From the NCBI GenBank assembly GCA_045543495.1, contig JAZQMO010000015.1, forward strand, positions 74,796 to 138,795: a stretch of 64,000 bases of DNA, in the 5' to 3' direction. This stretch comes from Eubacteriales bacterium (GTDB lineage: Bacteria > Bacillota > Clostridia > Oscillospirales > SIG627). Positions 16,466 through 26,400 of this stretch are shown here, piece after piece (within the stretch, counting starts at the first letter, position 1; the number at the start of each line of letters is the position of its first letter). A program made the translations under genes and the position numbers. Under the pieces are notes generated by a model. It saw only the letters and a program-made list of their open reading frames with translations, was not told the origin of the DNA and searched no databases.

Positions 16466-18754
16466 TTAAAGCATGTTTCTTTGAATTTTACCGCTTACAG
16501 TCTTGGGAAGCTCATCACAGAACACCACAAGACGGGGATACTTATAGGGAGCGGTATGCTCTTTGACATAATTCTGAATTTCTTTTTTCAATTCCTCGCT
16601 GGGCTCGGTACCCTTAGTTAGAACGATGCTTGCTTTGACGATCTGACCACGAACCTCATCAGGTGCGGCAGATACGCCACATTCCAATACATAAGGTAGC
16701 TCCATAATGACGCTTTCAATTTCAAACGGGCCGATACGGTAGCCGGAGGATTTAATCACGTCGTCAGCTCTTCCCACATACCAGAAGAAGCCGTCCTCAT
16801 CACGCCAAGCAATATCGCCGGTGTGATAATAACCGTCACGAATGGCCTCTGCGGTCTTTTCGTCGTCATTGTAATAGCCCACAAATAAGCCACAGGGAGC
16901 ACCGTTTTTCAGATTGATGACAACCTCACCCGATTCACCGGTTGCAACAGGCTTTCCATCGCTGTCTAAAAGCTCAACATCATAGATGGGAGCGGGCTTA
17001 CCCATAGAACCGATCTTATGAGAAGCACCGATCATATTACCGATGATCATGGTGCTTTCCGTCTGCCCGAAGCCCTCCAGGATCTGAAGGCCTGTAGCCT
17101 TTTCAAACTGACGGTAAACCTCGGGGTTCAAGGCTTCACCTGCTGTCGTCATATGACGAACAGAGGAAAGATCGTATTTGGTAATATCCTGCTTCACCAG
17201 CATACGAAGCATGGTTGGAGGTGCACAGAAGGTGGTGATTTGATACTTGGCAAACATCGGAAGGATCTTGGAAGCATCAAAACGATCAAAGTCATAAACA
17301 AAGATCGGTGCTTCGCACAGCCACTGACCGTACATCTTGCCCCACATAGATTTTGCCCAGCCGGTATCGGAAATGGTAAAGTGCAGTCCATCCGGCTCAA
17401 CGGAATGCCAATACTTTGCAGTATGGAAATGTCCGAGAGGGTACTTATGATTATGTGCGGCGATCTTGGGATAGCCCGAGGTGCCCGAAGTAAAGAACAT
17501 CAAAAGCAGATCGTCTCCGCAGGGAGACTCCTCGGTACGGTTAAAGTGAGAGCTGTAAAGAGGATATTCCTCATTAAAGCTTCTCCAGCCTTCTTTTTCT
17601 CCGTTGACCAAAAGCTTAAATTCCAATTCAGGGTGCTTAGCGGCGGCCTTTTCTGCCTCATTGGCAACTTCCCCGTCAGCCGTGCAAATAATACCACGAA
17701 CCCCTGCGGCACCAAAGCGATAATCAAGATCATGCTCAAGGAGCTGATTGGGTGCGGGGATGGCAACGGCACCAAGCTTATTCAGGCCAAGCATGGCAAA
17801 CCAGAACTGATAGTGGCGCTTTAAGATCAGCATGACCTTATCACCCTTTTTAATACCAAGGGACTTAAAATAGTTGGCACACTGATTGGAAGCCTTCTTA
17901 ATATCCTTAAAGGTAAAGCGACGCTCGGTCATATCCTCGGAAATGTGAAGCATCGCAAGCTTCTCGGGCTCACGGGAGGCAAGCTCATCGATCAGATCAA
18001 AGGCAAAGTTAAAGGATTCGGTATTCTTAAACGCAATGGAGGTAGGAGTACCGTTTTCATCCTCTTTCGTATCAATGAACTTATGATAAATGCGTTCCTT
18101 GGTGTCCTTTGTCAGCTTCTTCACACCGCTGATCGCCTTTTTGGGACTCAGCTCGGGAATGGGTTCACCGGTGGGATTGAGAACAATGGCGTAGAACACA
18201 CAGTCCTGCTCCTTCACGGCGATCATACCGTGAGGGGTATCACTGTCAAAATAAATACTGTCACCGGGGCCGAGGATCTCCTGATGCTCACCCACCTGAA
18301 CTAAAAGATGCCCTTCCACCACAAGGTCAATCTCCTGACCTGCGTGGGTTGTCAATTCAATATCACGGTTCTGTGCATTTTCGTCAAATTTGCTAATTAC
18401 AAACAGGGGCTCCGCAATACGGTTCTGAAAAGCATAGGCAAGGTTATAATAGGTCATACCGTGTGCATTGGCAATTTCCTGTCCTTCACCGGAGCGAGTC
18501 ACGGTATAGGAATTCAAGGTGGGGCTGTGACCCTCGATGATATCCGTTACGTTTACATTCAGGGCCAAGGCACATCGATAAATAAAGGCAAAGTTTAAGT
18601 CACTTCTTCCCTCTTCACAGTCCTTATATTCCTCAATGCTCACGCCTGTTTTGATGGCCATTTCTTCGCAAGTCAAGCCTTCGATCTCTCTCAGGTCACG
18701 AATTCTGGCGGCCATTTCTTGAATTTTGTATTCAAGTCCTGTAATCTGTTTCAT
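16466..18754 (-). CDS. Fusion protein: XRE-type HTH plus cupin (PuuR-like regulator module) plus medium-chain (Macs/ACSM-like) acyl-CoA synthetase
   Basis: 762 aa. Residues about 10-70 form the HTH (IRDLREIEGLTCEEMAIKTGVSIEEYKDCEEG). Residues about 110-195 form the cupin (THAGQEIDLVVEGHLLV...GDSIYFDSDTPHGM). The remainder is an adenylate-forming enzyme with FFTSGTSGYPK, GFGQTES, YHTGD, GRADDVIKSSGYRIGPFEIES and SGKIQR. Confidence 0.85.
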   Translation of the reverse strand: MKQITGLEYKIQEMAARIRDLREIEGLTCEEMAIKTGVSIEEYKDCEEGRSDLNFAFIYRCALALNVNVTDIIEGHSPTLNSYTVTRSGEGQEIANAHGMTYYNLAYAFQNRIAEPLFVISKFDENAQNRDIELTTHAGQEIDLVVEGHLLVQVGEHQEILGPGDSIYFDSDTPHGMIAVKEQDCVFYAIVLNPTGEPIPELSPKKAISGVKKLTKDTKERIYHKFIDTKEDENGTPTSIAFKNTESFNFAFDLIDELASREPEKLAMLHISEDMTERRFTFKDIKKASNQCANYFKSLGIKKGDKVMLILKRHYQFWFAMLGLNKLGAVAIPAPNQLLEHDLDYRFGAAGVRGIICTADGEVANEAEKAAAKHPELEFKLLVNGEKEGWRSFNEEYPLYSSHFNRTEESPCGDDLLLMFFTSGTSGYPKIAAHNHKYPLGHFHTAKYWHSVEPDGLHFTISDTGWAKSMWGKMYGQWLCEAPIFVYDFDRFDASKILPMFAKYQITTFCAPPTMLRMLVKQDITKYDLSSVRHMTTAGEALNPEVYRQFEKATGLQILEGFGQTESTMIIGNMIGASHKIGSMGKPAPIYDVELLDSDGKPVATGESGEVVINLKNGAPCGLFVGYYNDDEKTAEAIRDGYYHTGDIAWRDEDGFFWYVGRADDVIKSSGYRIGPFEIESVIMELPYVLECGVSAAPDEVRGQIVKASIVLTKGTEPSEELKKEIQNYVKEHTAPYKYPRLVVFCDELPKTVSGKIQRNML

Positions 18755-18771
18755 TCAACTCTCCATTTTCC

Positions 18772-19040
18772 GGGACAAAAAAGCACTCGTCCCAAAGGTA
18801 TTTCCTTGAGACGAGTGCGAAAACACCCGCGGTACCACTCAAATTGCTGCAAAGCAGCCACTCAGGATCCAACAATCCGTATGCATTAACGCAGCAATCA
18901 CGGAGAAGTTCTACTCCCTTTCGGTTTCTTCCTCTCAGCTCAGAAGCTACAATCACGGGATCTGTATCCAATGGCTTGCACCGACCGCCATCTCTCTGGG
19001 GAACAAATTTCCGAAAAACTCTTCCTCAACGCCTTTAATA
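18772..19040 (-). promoter_or_regulatory. T-box riboswitch leader, specifier read as GUA (Val)
   Basis: Minus-strand RNA carries AGAGAG, a distal-loop CGGTGCAAG, the T-box sequence AATTTGAGTGGTACCGCGGG (about 18826-18845) and the terminator gcactcgtc...gacgagtgc plus a U-run (18776-18818). The specifier context is ccg-ugauuGUAg-cuuc-ugagc, with the codon at 18948-18950. Confidence 0.85.
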
Positions 19041-19047
19041 CCTTATT

Positions 19048-19076
19048 ATTGTAACATCAAAAGAAGCAGATGTCAA
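19048..19076 (-). promoter_or_regulatory. Promoter driving the Val T-box leader
   Basis: Minus strand: TTGACA (19071-19076), 17-nt spacer, TGtTACAAT (TACAAT at 19048-19053). It starts about 24 nt after the upstream paralog's stop. Confidence 0.7.
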
Positions 19077-19099
19077 GTTTTTTATTGAATTTTCAATGT

Positions 19100-21364
19100 T
19101 TACAGCTTATTGCGCTGGATTTTTCCGCTGATGGTCTTGGGAAGCTCGTCACGGAATACCACCACACGGGGATATTTGTAGGGAGCGGTATGCTCTTTGA
19201 CATAGCGCTGAATCTCTTTTTTCAGCTCTTCCGTAGGCTCTGTTCCCTTGGTCAACACGATGCTCGCCTTCACCACCTGACCTCTTACCTCATCGGGCAC
19301 GGCAGAAACACCGCATTCCAATACATAAGGAAGCTCCATGATCACGCTTTCGATCTCAAACGGCCCGATACGGTAACCGGAGGATTTGATCACGTCATCC
19401 ACACGACCGACATACCAGAAATATCCGTCCTCATCACGCCAAGCAGTATCACCGGTGTGATAAAGCCCGTCGTGCCAAGCCTCGGTCGTTTTTTCGGTAT
19501 CCTTATAGTACTCTTTGAAAAGACCGCAAGGAATGCTCTTATCGGTGTGAATTACGATCTCGCCCACCTCACCGGTTGCAACGCTGTTGCCGTCGGGATC
19601 CACAATGTCAAGATCAAACTGAGGAGACGCCTTACCCATAGAGCCGATCTTGGGGGTATCCCCTGCAAGATTTGCAATCACCAGGGTGGTTTCGGTCTGG
19701 CCGAAGCCCTCCATAATTTCAAGGCCCGTTGCCTCCTTAAAGCGCTTGAACACCTCAGGGTTCAAGGCTTCGCCCGCCGTTGTCATATGATGGATCGAGG
19801 AAAGATCGTACTTAGACAGATCGCCGCGGATCAACATACGAAGCATAGTAGGAGGAGCACAGAAGGTCGTAATGTTATAACGGGCAAACATGGGAAGGAT
19901 ATCGTTTTCATCAAAACGGTCAAAGTCATATACAAATACCGCACCCTCGCAAAGCCACTGACCGTAAAACTTACCCCAAAGGGATTTGCCCCAACCGGTA
20001 TCGGAAATGGTAAGGTGAAGACCTTCTCTTTCACAGCAATGCCAATACTTTGCCGTAACAAAATGGCCCAATGCATAGGTGTGCTTATGAGACGCCATTT
20101 TGGGATTTCCGGTGGTGCCGGAGGTAAAGAACATCAAGGCTGCTTCATCCCCACCGGGGGTATCCTCGGAGCGAACGAACTTGCGGGAGAAGAGACGGAA
20201 TTCTTCATCAAAATCGTGCCAATTGTCCTTCTTACCGCCAACCAGGATCATGGTTTTCATTTCGGGACATTCTTTCGCAGCTGCCTCGGCAATATCGGAA
20301 ACATCTCCGTCAGCGGTACAAACGATGGCAGAAACACCTGCGGCACGGTAACGGTATACAAAATCGTGCTCTTTAAGCTGATTGGTTGCAGGGATGGCGA
20401 CGGCTCCGATCTTGTGAAGGGCGACCATTGCAAACCAGAACTGATAGTGGCGCTTTAACACCAGCATTACCTTATCCCCTTTCTTAATTCCGAGGGAGGT
20501 AAAGTAGTTGGCGCACTGATTGGAATAATGCTTGATATCACGGAAGGTGAAGCGACGCTCCGTTTTATTTTTATCCAAATGGAGCATGGCAAGCTTATCG
20601 GGATAAGCATTGGCGATCTCGTCTACGATATCAAAACCAAAATTGAACGTATCGGTATCGGTAAAATCAATCTTTTTCAGAGAACCGTTTTCATTCTCTT
20701 CCAACTTGACAAATTTTTCACAGATCAGCTTTTGAGAATTCTTGGCGGCTACCAGATTCTTTACCACCGAGCCTTCCTTTACTTCATCACCGGGAAGAAC
20801 CACGGCACAGAACACACAGTCCTTTCCGTCCACAGCGATCATACCGTGGGGAGTGGAGCTGTTGTAATAAATACTGTCCCCTTCCTCCAGAACCTCCGTG
20901 TGACTGCCAACCTGAACCTTCAATTTACCGCTGATCACAAGATCAAATTCCTGACCGCTGTGAGTAGCAAGGTTGATGGGCTTGTTTTGCAGGGAAGCAT
21001 CGTATTCGTAGCGAACCCAATAGGGCTCGGCGATCTTATCACGGAATTTGGGGGCAAGGTTTTGAATGGTGATGCCATCCTCCTTCGCCGTTTGCTGCCC
21101 CTGCCCTTTACGGGTGACAGTGTAAGAAGAAAGAAGTGCGCTCTTTCCTTCCAAAAGATCGGTAATGCCGATTCCAAACTCAAGGCAGCATTTATGCAAA
21201 AATGAAAAAGGAAAGTCCAGTTGACCCTTTTCGTACTTCTCATACTCGTCGACACAAACCTCAGTACGCTTTGCCATTTCTTCAATGGAAAGTCCGGAGA
21301 TTTCTCTCATTTCGCGAATTCGAAGCGCGACCTCATTCAATTTTTCAACAGATAGTGTAGACAT
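19100..21364 (-). CDS. Fusion protein: XRE-type HTH plus cupin plus medium-chain acyl-CoA synthetase (paralog of 16466-18754)
   Basis: 754 aa from ATG 21364 (MSTLSVEKL...), preceded by the RBS aaaggagga. The longer ORF-track start at 21493 lies inside the T-box leader. It has the same domain order and motifs as its paralog (FFTSGTTGNPK, GFGQTET, YHTGD, SGKIQR), and the C-terminal part is nearly identical. Confidence 0.85.
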   Translation of the reverse strand: MSTLSVEKLNEVALRIREMREISGLSIEEMAKRTEVCVDEYEKYEKGQLDFPFSFLHKCCLEFGIGITDLLEGKSALLSSYTVTRKGQGQQTAKEDGITIQNLAPKFRDKIAEPYWVRYEYDASLQNKPINLATHSGQEFDLVISGKLKVQVGSHTEVLEEGDSIYYNSSTPHGMIAVDGKDCVFCAVVLPGDEVKEGSVVKNLVAAKNSQKLICEKFVKLEENENGSLKKIDFTDTDTFNFGFDIVDEIANAYPDKLAMLHLDKNKTERRFTFRDIKHYSNQCANYFTSLGIKKGDKVMLVLKRHYQFWFAMVALHKIGAVAIPATNQLKEHDFVYRYRAAGVSAIVCTADGDVSDIAEAAAKECPEMKTMILVGGKKDNWHDFDEEFRLFSRKFVRSEDTPGGDEAALMFFTSGTTGNPKMASHKHTYALGHFVTAKYWHCCEREGLHLTISDTGWGKSLWGKFYGQWLCEGAVFVYDFDRFDENDILPMFARYNITTFCAPPTMLRMLIRGDLSKYDLSSIHHMTTAGEALNPEVFKRFKEATGLEIMEGFGQTETTLVIANLAGDTPKIGSMGKASPQFDLDIVDPDGNSVATGEVGEIVIHTDKSIPCGLFKEYYKDTEKTTEAWHDGLYHTGDTAWRDEDGYFWYVGRVDDVIKSSGYRIGPFEIESVIMELPYVLECGVSAVPDEVRGQVVKASIVLTKGTEPTEELKKEIQRYVKEHTAPYKYPRVVVFRDELPKTISGKIQRNKL

Positions 21365-21390
21365 AGCATGATCCTCCTTTTTAAGAAAAT

Positions 21391-21656
21391 AAAAATAAAA
21401 AAAACGCCTCAAAGAAATTCCTTTGAGACGGGTAATTAACTTACTCGCGGTACCACTCAAATTGCTGCAGGGCAGCCACTCAGGATCCAACAATCCGTAT
21501 GCATTGACGCAGCAATCACGGGAGACATCTACTTGCAGAACGCTTTCGGATCTCCGGCTCAGAAGGGATGGGCAATTTTAGAATACGTTATCGGTTCGCA
21601 CCAAGCACCGACTCTCTGAAAACTTATTTCTAATGCCGTCTTCATCATAGCCTTTA
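21391..21656 (-). promoter_or_regulatory. T-box riboswitch leader, specifier read as AUC (Ile)
   Basis: Minus-strand RNA carries AGAGAG, a distal-loop TTGGTGCGA, the T-box sequence AATTTGAGTGGTACCGCGAG (about 21444-21463) and the terminator cgtctcaaag...ctttgaggcg plus a U-run (21391-21430). The specifier context is ugcc-cAUCc-cuuc-ugagcc, with the codon at 21567-21569. Confidence 0.85.
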
Positions 21657-21663
21657 TGCTAGG

Positions 21664-21691
21664 ATTATACCACTTGTGATTCATTTGTCAA
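21664..21691 (-). promoter_or_regulatory. Promoter driving the Ile T-box leader
   Basis: Minus strand: TTGACA (21686-21691), 16-nt spacer, TATAAT (21664-21669). Confidence 0.7.
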
Positions 21692-21712
21692 GAGTTTTTT
21701 TCAAAAAAATAT

Positions 21713-21740
21713 AAAAAACCCGAGAAAATCTCGGGTTTTT
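21713..21740 (-). terminator. Rho-independent terminator after fhs (end of the pur operon)
   Basis: Stem cccgag/ctcggg (21719-21724 / 21730-21735), flanked by an A-run and a T-run. It lies 4 nt downstream of the fhs stop. Confidence 0.75.
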
Positions 21741-21743
21741 AGT

Positions 21744-23426
21744 TTAAAAGAGTCCTGTGATCTTGCCATCCTCATCCACATCGATCTTCTCTGCAGCGGG
21801 AACCTTGGGAAGACCCGGCATCGTCAGAATATCACCGGTCAGAACCACAATAAATCCGGCACCGGCGGATACCTTCACATTCTTTACCGTAACGGTAAAG
21901 TGCTCGGGTGCGCCAAGTTTGGTAGGATCGTCAGAAAAGCTGTACTGGGTTTTGGCAACACAGATGGGCAGCCCTGCAAAGCCAAGCTCGGTCAATTGCT
22001 GAACCTGCTTTTTGGCGTTAGGTGTAAGAACGATGCCATCTCCTCCGTAAACCTTGCGAACGATCTGCTCGATCTTTTCTTCAATGGAGGCATCCAGTTC
22101 ATAGGAGAAGGTGAAATCACCTTTCTCTTCTTCGCAAAGGCGTACGACCTCTCTGGCAAGGGCTTCTCCACCCTTTCCGCCTTCTGCCCAAACAGTGGAG
22201 AGAACCGTATTTACTCCAAGCTCTCTGCACTTATTGACAATAAAGTCGATCTCATTGTCGGTATCCGTGGGGAAACGGTTTACGGCAACAACACAAGGAA
22301 GCTTGTATACATTCTTAATGTTGGAAACATGACGAAGTAAATTGGGAATTCCCTTTTCAAGTGCTTCAATATCTTCATCGCCAAGCTCTGTTTTTGCTCG
22401 GCCGCCGTGCATTTTCAATGCACGAACAGTGGCCACGACCACAACAGCATTGGGAACGGGCCCTGCCATACGGCACTTGATATCAAGGAATTTTTCTGCA
22501 CCAAGATCGGCACCGAAGCCTGCTTCCGTAATGGTGTAATCACCCATTTTCAGGGCAAGCTTGGTAGCCATTACCGAGTTACAGCCATGAGCAATATTGG
22601 CAAAAGGACCGCCGTGAACAAAGGCAGGAGTCCCTTCCAAAGTCTGAACCAAATTGGGCTTAATAGCATCCTTCAAAAGCGCCGCCATAGCACCTACCGC
22701 CTTCAGATCCCCTGCCGTAACAGGCTTATCATCATAGGTATAACCTACAATAATACGGGAAAGCCTTTCTTTGAGATCGGTAATGGAGTTGGAAAGACAG
22801 AAAATCGCCATGATTTCACTTGCTACCGTGATCTCAAATCCATCCTCACGGGGAACACCGTTGGCTTTTCCGCCGAGACCGTCCGTCAGGAAGCGAAGCT
22901 GCCTGTCATTCATATCAACACAGCGCTTCCAAGTGATCTTTCTGACATCAATTCCAAGAGAATTTCCCTGCTGAATATGGTTGTCAAGCATGGCCGCCAA
23001 AAGATTGTTGGCCGCACCGATGGCGTGAAAGTCACCGGTAAAGTGAAGATTGATATCCTCCATGGGAACAACCTGAGCATAACCGCCGCCTGCAGCACCA
23101 CCCTTCACACCGAATACAGGTCCGAGAGAAGGCTCACGAAGGGCAACGGTTACATCCTTGCCGATTCTCTTCAAGCCATCTGCAAGGCCGATGGTGGTCG
23201 TGGTCTTTCCCTCCCCTGCGGGGGTAGGAGTAATGGCAGTCACAAGGATGAGCTTTCCATCCTTGCGATCCGTTTCCTTCAAAAGCATAGGATCAATTTT
23301 TGCTTTATACTTGCCATATTGCTCCAAATACTTTTCATCCACATGGGCAACAGCAGCAATTTCGGTGATGGGGCGCATTACGCATTCCTGTGCAATTTCA
23401 ATATCTGTTTTGTATGCCATATTCAT
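21744..23426 (-). CDS. fhs: Formate--tetrahydrofolate ligase
   Basis: 560 aa. Contains [24 protein letters not shown] and [20 protein letters not shown]. It begins 6 nt after the purL stop. Confidence 0.95.
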   Translation of the reverse strand: MNMAYKTDIEIAQECVMRPITEIAAVAHVDEKYLEQYGKYKAKIDPMLLKETDRKDGKLILVTAITPTPAGEGKTTTTIGLADGLKRIGKDVTVALREPSLGPVFGVKGGAAGGGYAQVVPMEDINLHFTGDFHAIGAANNLLAAMLDNHIQQGNSLGIDVRKITWKRCVDMNDRQLRFLTDGLGGKANGVPREDGFEITVASEIMAIFCLSNSITDLKERLSRIIVGYTYDDKPVTAGDLKAVGAMAALLKDAIKPNLVQTLEGTPAFVHGGPFANIAHGCNSVMATKLALKMGDYTITEAGFGADLGAEKFLDIKCRMAGPVPNAVVVVATVRALKMHGGRAKTELGDEDIEALEKGIPNLLRHVSNIKNVYKLPCVVAVNRFPTDTDNEIDFIVNKCRELGVNTVLSTVWAEGGKGGEALAREVVRLCEEEKGDFTFSYELDASIEEKIEQIVRKVYGGDGIVLTPNAKKQVQQLTELGFAGLPICVAKTQYSFSDDPTKLGAPEHFTVTVKNVKVSAGAGFIVVLTGDILTMPGLPKVPAAEKIDVDEDGKITGLF

Positions 23427-23432
23427 ACTCCA

Positions 23433-26400
23433 TTATTTAAAATATTTCACTGCTGCCTCGAACATACGAATGTCGTATTTACCGGGCACGTTTTGATAAA
23501 GTCCTGCTCCGATTCGTTCGCTGTGACCCATCTTACCGAACACTCTGCCGTCGGGCGAGGTGATACCTTCAATGGCAAACATGGAATCGTTGGGATTAAA
23601 CTGAACGTCGGAGCTGGCGTTGCCGTCAAAATCCACATATTGAGTTGCAATCTGACCGTTTTTCGCAAGAGAGCGGATCAAAGCCTCATCTGCAAGGAAG
23701 CGTCCTTCCCCGTGAGAAATCGGCACATTGAGAACATCTCCAACCTCGTTGAGAGAAAGCCAAGGAGACTTATTGGAGCAAACTCTGGTGCGGACGATCT
23801 TAGACTGGTGACGAGCGATGGTGTTAAAGGTCAGTGTGGGACAGGTTTCATCCGTATCAACAATCTTACCGTAAGGTACAAGGCCGAGCTTGATCAGGGC
23901 CTGGAAGCCGTTGCAGATACCGCACATCAAACCGTCTCTATTTTCCAGAAGCTCGGTAACACCTTCCTTAATGGCGGCATTACGGAAGAAAGCGGTAATA
24001 AACTTGCCGCTTCCGTCCGGTTCGTCACCGCCGGAGAAGCCACCGGGAATAAAGATCATCTGAGAATTTTTCAGTTCAGCCGCAAAACGCTCTACGCTGC
24101 TTTGAATTCCATCGGCGCTCAAATTGTTGATCACCAAGATTTCGGCATCGGCACCGGCTCTGCGAACCGCCTTAGCAGAATCAAATTCGCAGTTGGTTCC
24201 GGGGAATGCGGGAATCAAAACTCTGGGCTTGGCACACAAAACGGCGGGAGCCACTCTCTTCTCGGCATAATAAGAGAAGTTTTCCATAGGAGTTTTGCGA
24301 TCGGGAATGTTGCAGGAATAAACGCTTTCCAGCTTATCCTCATACTTCTTCTCAAGCGCTTCATAGGAAACGCTCTCACCTGCAAAAGCAAAGCTCTTTT
24401 CTTCTTTTACAGTACCGATTTCTCTACCGATCACATCGTCGCCATCTACCTCAACAAGGAAGGAGCCGTAGCCATAGCCAAAAATGTCAGGCAAAGACAA
24501 GGAATCGCAAAATTCAAATCCAAAGCCGTTGCCGAAAGACATTTTCAAAACCGCTTCCGCAACACCGCCGAGACCGAGGGTATAAGCGGATACAATCTTC
24601 TTTTTACGGGCGAGACGGGTCACCTCGTGGAACAGGGCAATCAAAGAATCCTTTTTGGGCAAATGATTTTCATCATATTCGGGTGTCAAAAGACAAACCT
24701 TATCGCCTGCCTTCTTGAATTCGGGAGAAATGACCTGACTTGTTTTGCCGGTCGTAACCGCAAAAGAAACCAGCGTGGGAGGAACATCAAGATCCTCAAA
24801 GGAGCCGCTCATAGAGTCTTTCCCGCCAATGGAGCCGATTCCGAGATCCAGCTGGGCACGGAAAGCACCAAGGAGGGCTGCCAGTGGCTTGCCCCAGCGC
24901 TTACCGTCTTTTCTTGGATGCTCAAAGTATTCCTGGAAGGTCAAATAAACATCCTCAAAGGATGCACCGCTTGCAATCAGTTTGGAAACCGATTCCACAA
25001 CAGCAAGATAAGCACCGTGATAGGGGCTTTTTTCCATAATAAAGGGATTATAGCCCCAAGACATAAAGGAGCAATCATCCGTTTCCTTCTTTTCAACGGA
25101 AACCTTTTGCACCATAGCCTGAATGGGGGTTCTTTGATACTTACCGCCAAAGGGCATCAAGACGGTTCCTGCTCCGATGGTAGAGTCAAAACGCTCGGAA
25201 AGGCCACGCTTAGAACAAATATTCAAATCCTCGGCGAGGGCAAGATAGTGGGAGGCAAAGCTTCCCTTCCATTCCTTTTCTTCATAAACGCCCTTTGCGG
25301 GAGCGATGGAAATATGCTTGTCAGCACCGTTGGAATTCAAAAATTCACGGCTGATATCCACAATCTTGTTGCCATTCCAATGCATCACAAGTCTCTTTTC
25401 TTCCTTGACCTGTGCAACGGGGCAAGCCTGCAGATTTTCTTCCTTTGCCAAAGCAAGAAAGGCCTCTACATTTTCTTTTTCAATGACAACGGCCATTCTT
25501 TCCTGAGACTCACTGATGGCAAGCTCGGTTCCGTCAAGACCTTCGTACTTTTTCGGAACGGCATTCAGATCAATTTCAAGCCCGTCAGCAAGTTCACCGA
25601 TGGCAACGGAAACGCCGCCTGCACCAAAGTCATTGCAACGCTTGATCATTTGGGTTGCACGGGGGTTGCGGAAGAGTCTCTGAAGCTTTCTTTCCTCGGG
25701 AGCATTGCCCTTTTGCACCTCTGCACCGCAGGTCTCAACAGAATGAGAATCGTGTGCCTTGGAGGAGCCGGTGGCGCCGCCGATACCGTCACGGCCTGTG
25801 GAGCCACCCAAAAGGATCACAACATCACCGGGAGCGGGAACCTCTCTGCGTACATTTTCAGCAGGAGCGGCAGCAATAACAGCACCGATCTCCATACGCT
25901 TTGCGGCGTAACCGGGATGATAGATTTCATCTACAATACCGGTTGCAAGACCGATCTGGTTACCGTAGGAGGAATAACCTGCAGCGGCAGTTGTAACGAT
26001 CTTGCGCTGAGGAAGCTTACCCTTAATGGTATCCTGAACAGGTACCAAGGGATCGGCCGCACCCGTTACACGCATAGCACCGTATACATACGCTCTGCCG
26101 GAAAGGGGGTCACGAATGGCACCGCCGATACAGGTGGCAGCACCGCCAAAGGGTTCAATCTCGGTGGGATGGTTATGAGTCTCGTTCTTAAACAAAAGCA
26201 ACCAAGGCTCTTTTTTACCGTCTGCCTCAATTTCGATCTTTACGGTACAAGCATTGATTTCCTCAGATTCATCCAATTTATCAAGCTTTCCGTGCTTTTT
26301 CAAATACTTGACGGCAACGGTAGCAAGATCCATCAAGCAGATCGGCTTATGCTCTCTGCCAAGCTCCTTGCGAACTGCAAGATACTCGTCATAGGTCTTC

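Noticed and set aside
18732-18971. A 79-aa minus-strand ORF upstream of the second acyl-CoA synthetase, and the 43-codon N-terminal extension of the 19100-21493 ORF
   Set aside because: Both run through T-box leader RNA, including the GGTACCGCG T-box sequence and the terminator stems. The real starts, with good RBSs, are at 18754 and 21364.
7897-21692. The possibility that the T-box/acyl-CoA-ligase block is a horizontally acquired island or mobile element
   Set aside because: It has no integrase, transposase or tRNA attachment site, and no flanking direct repeats. By eye there is no obvious compositional break. It uses the same promoter style as the flanking core operons.
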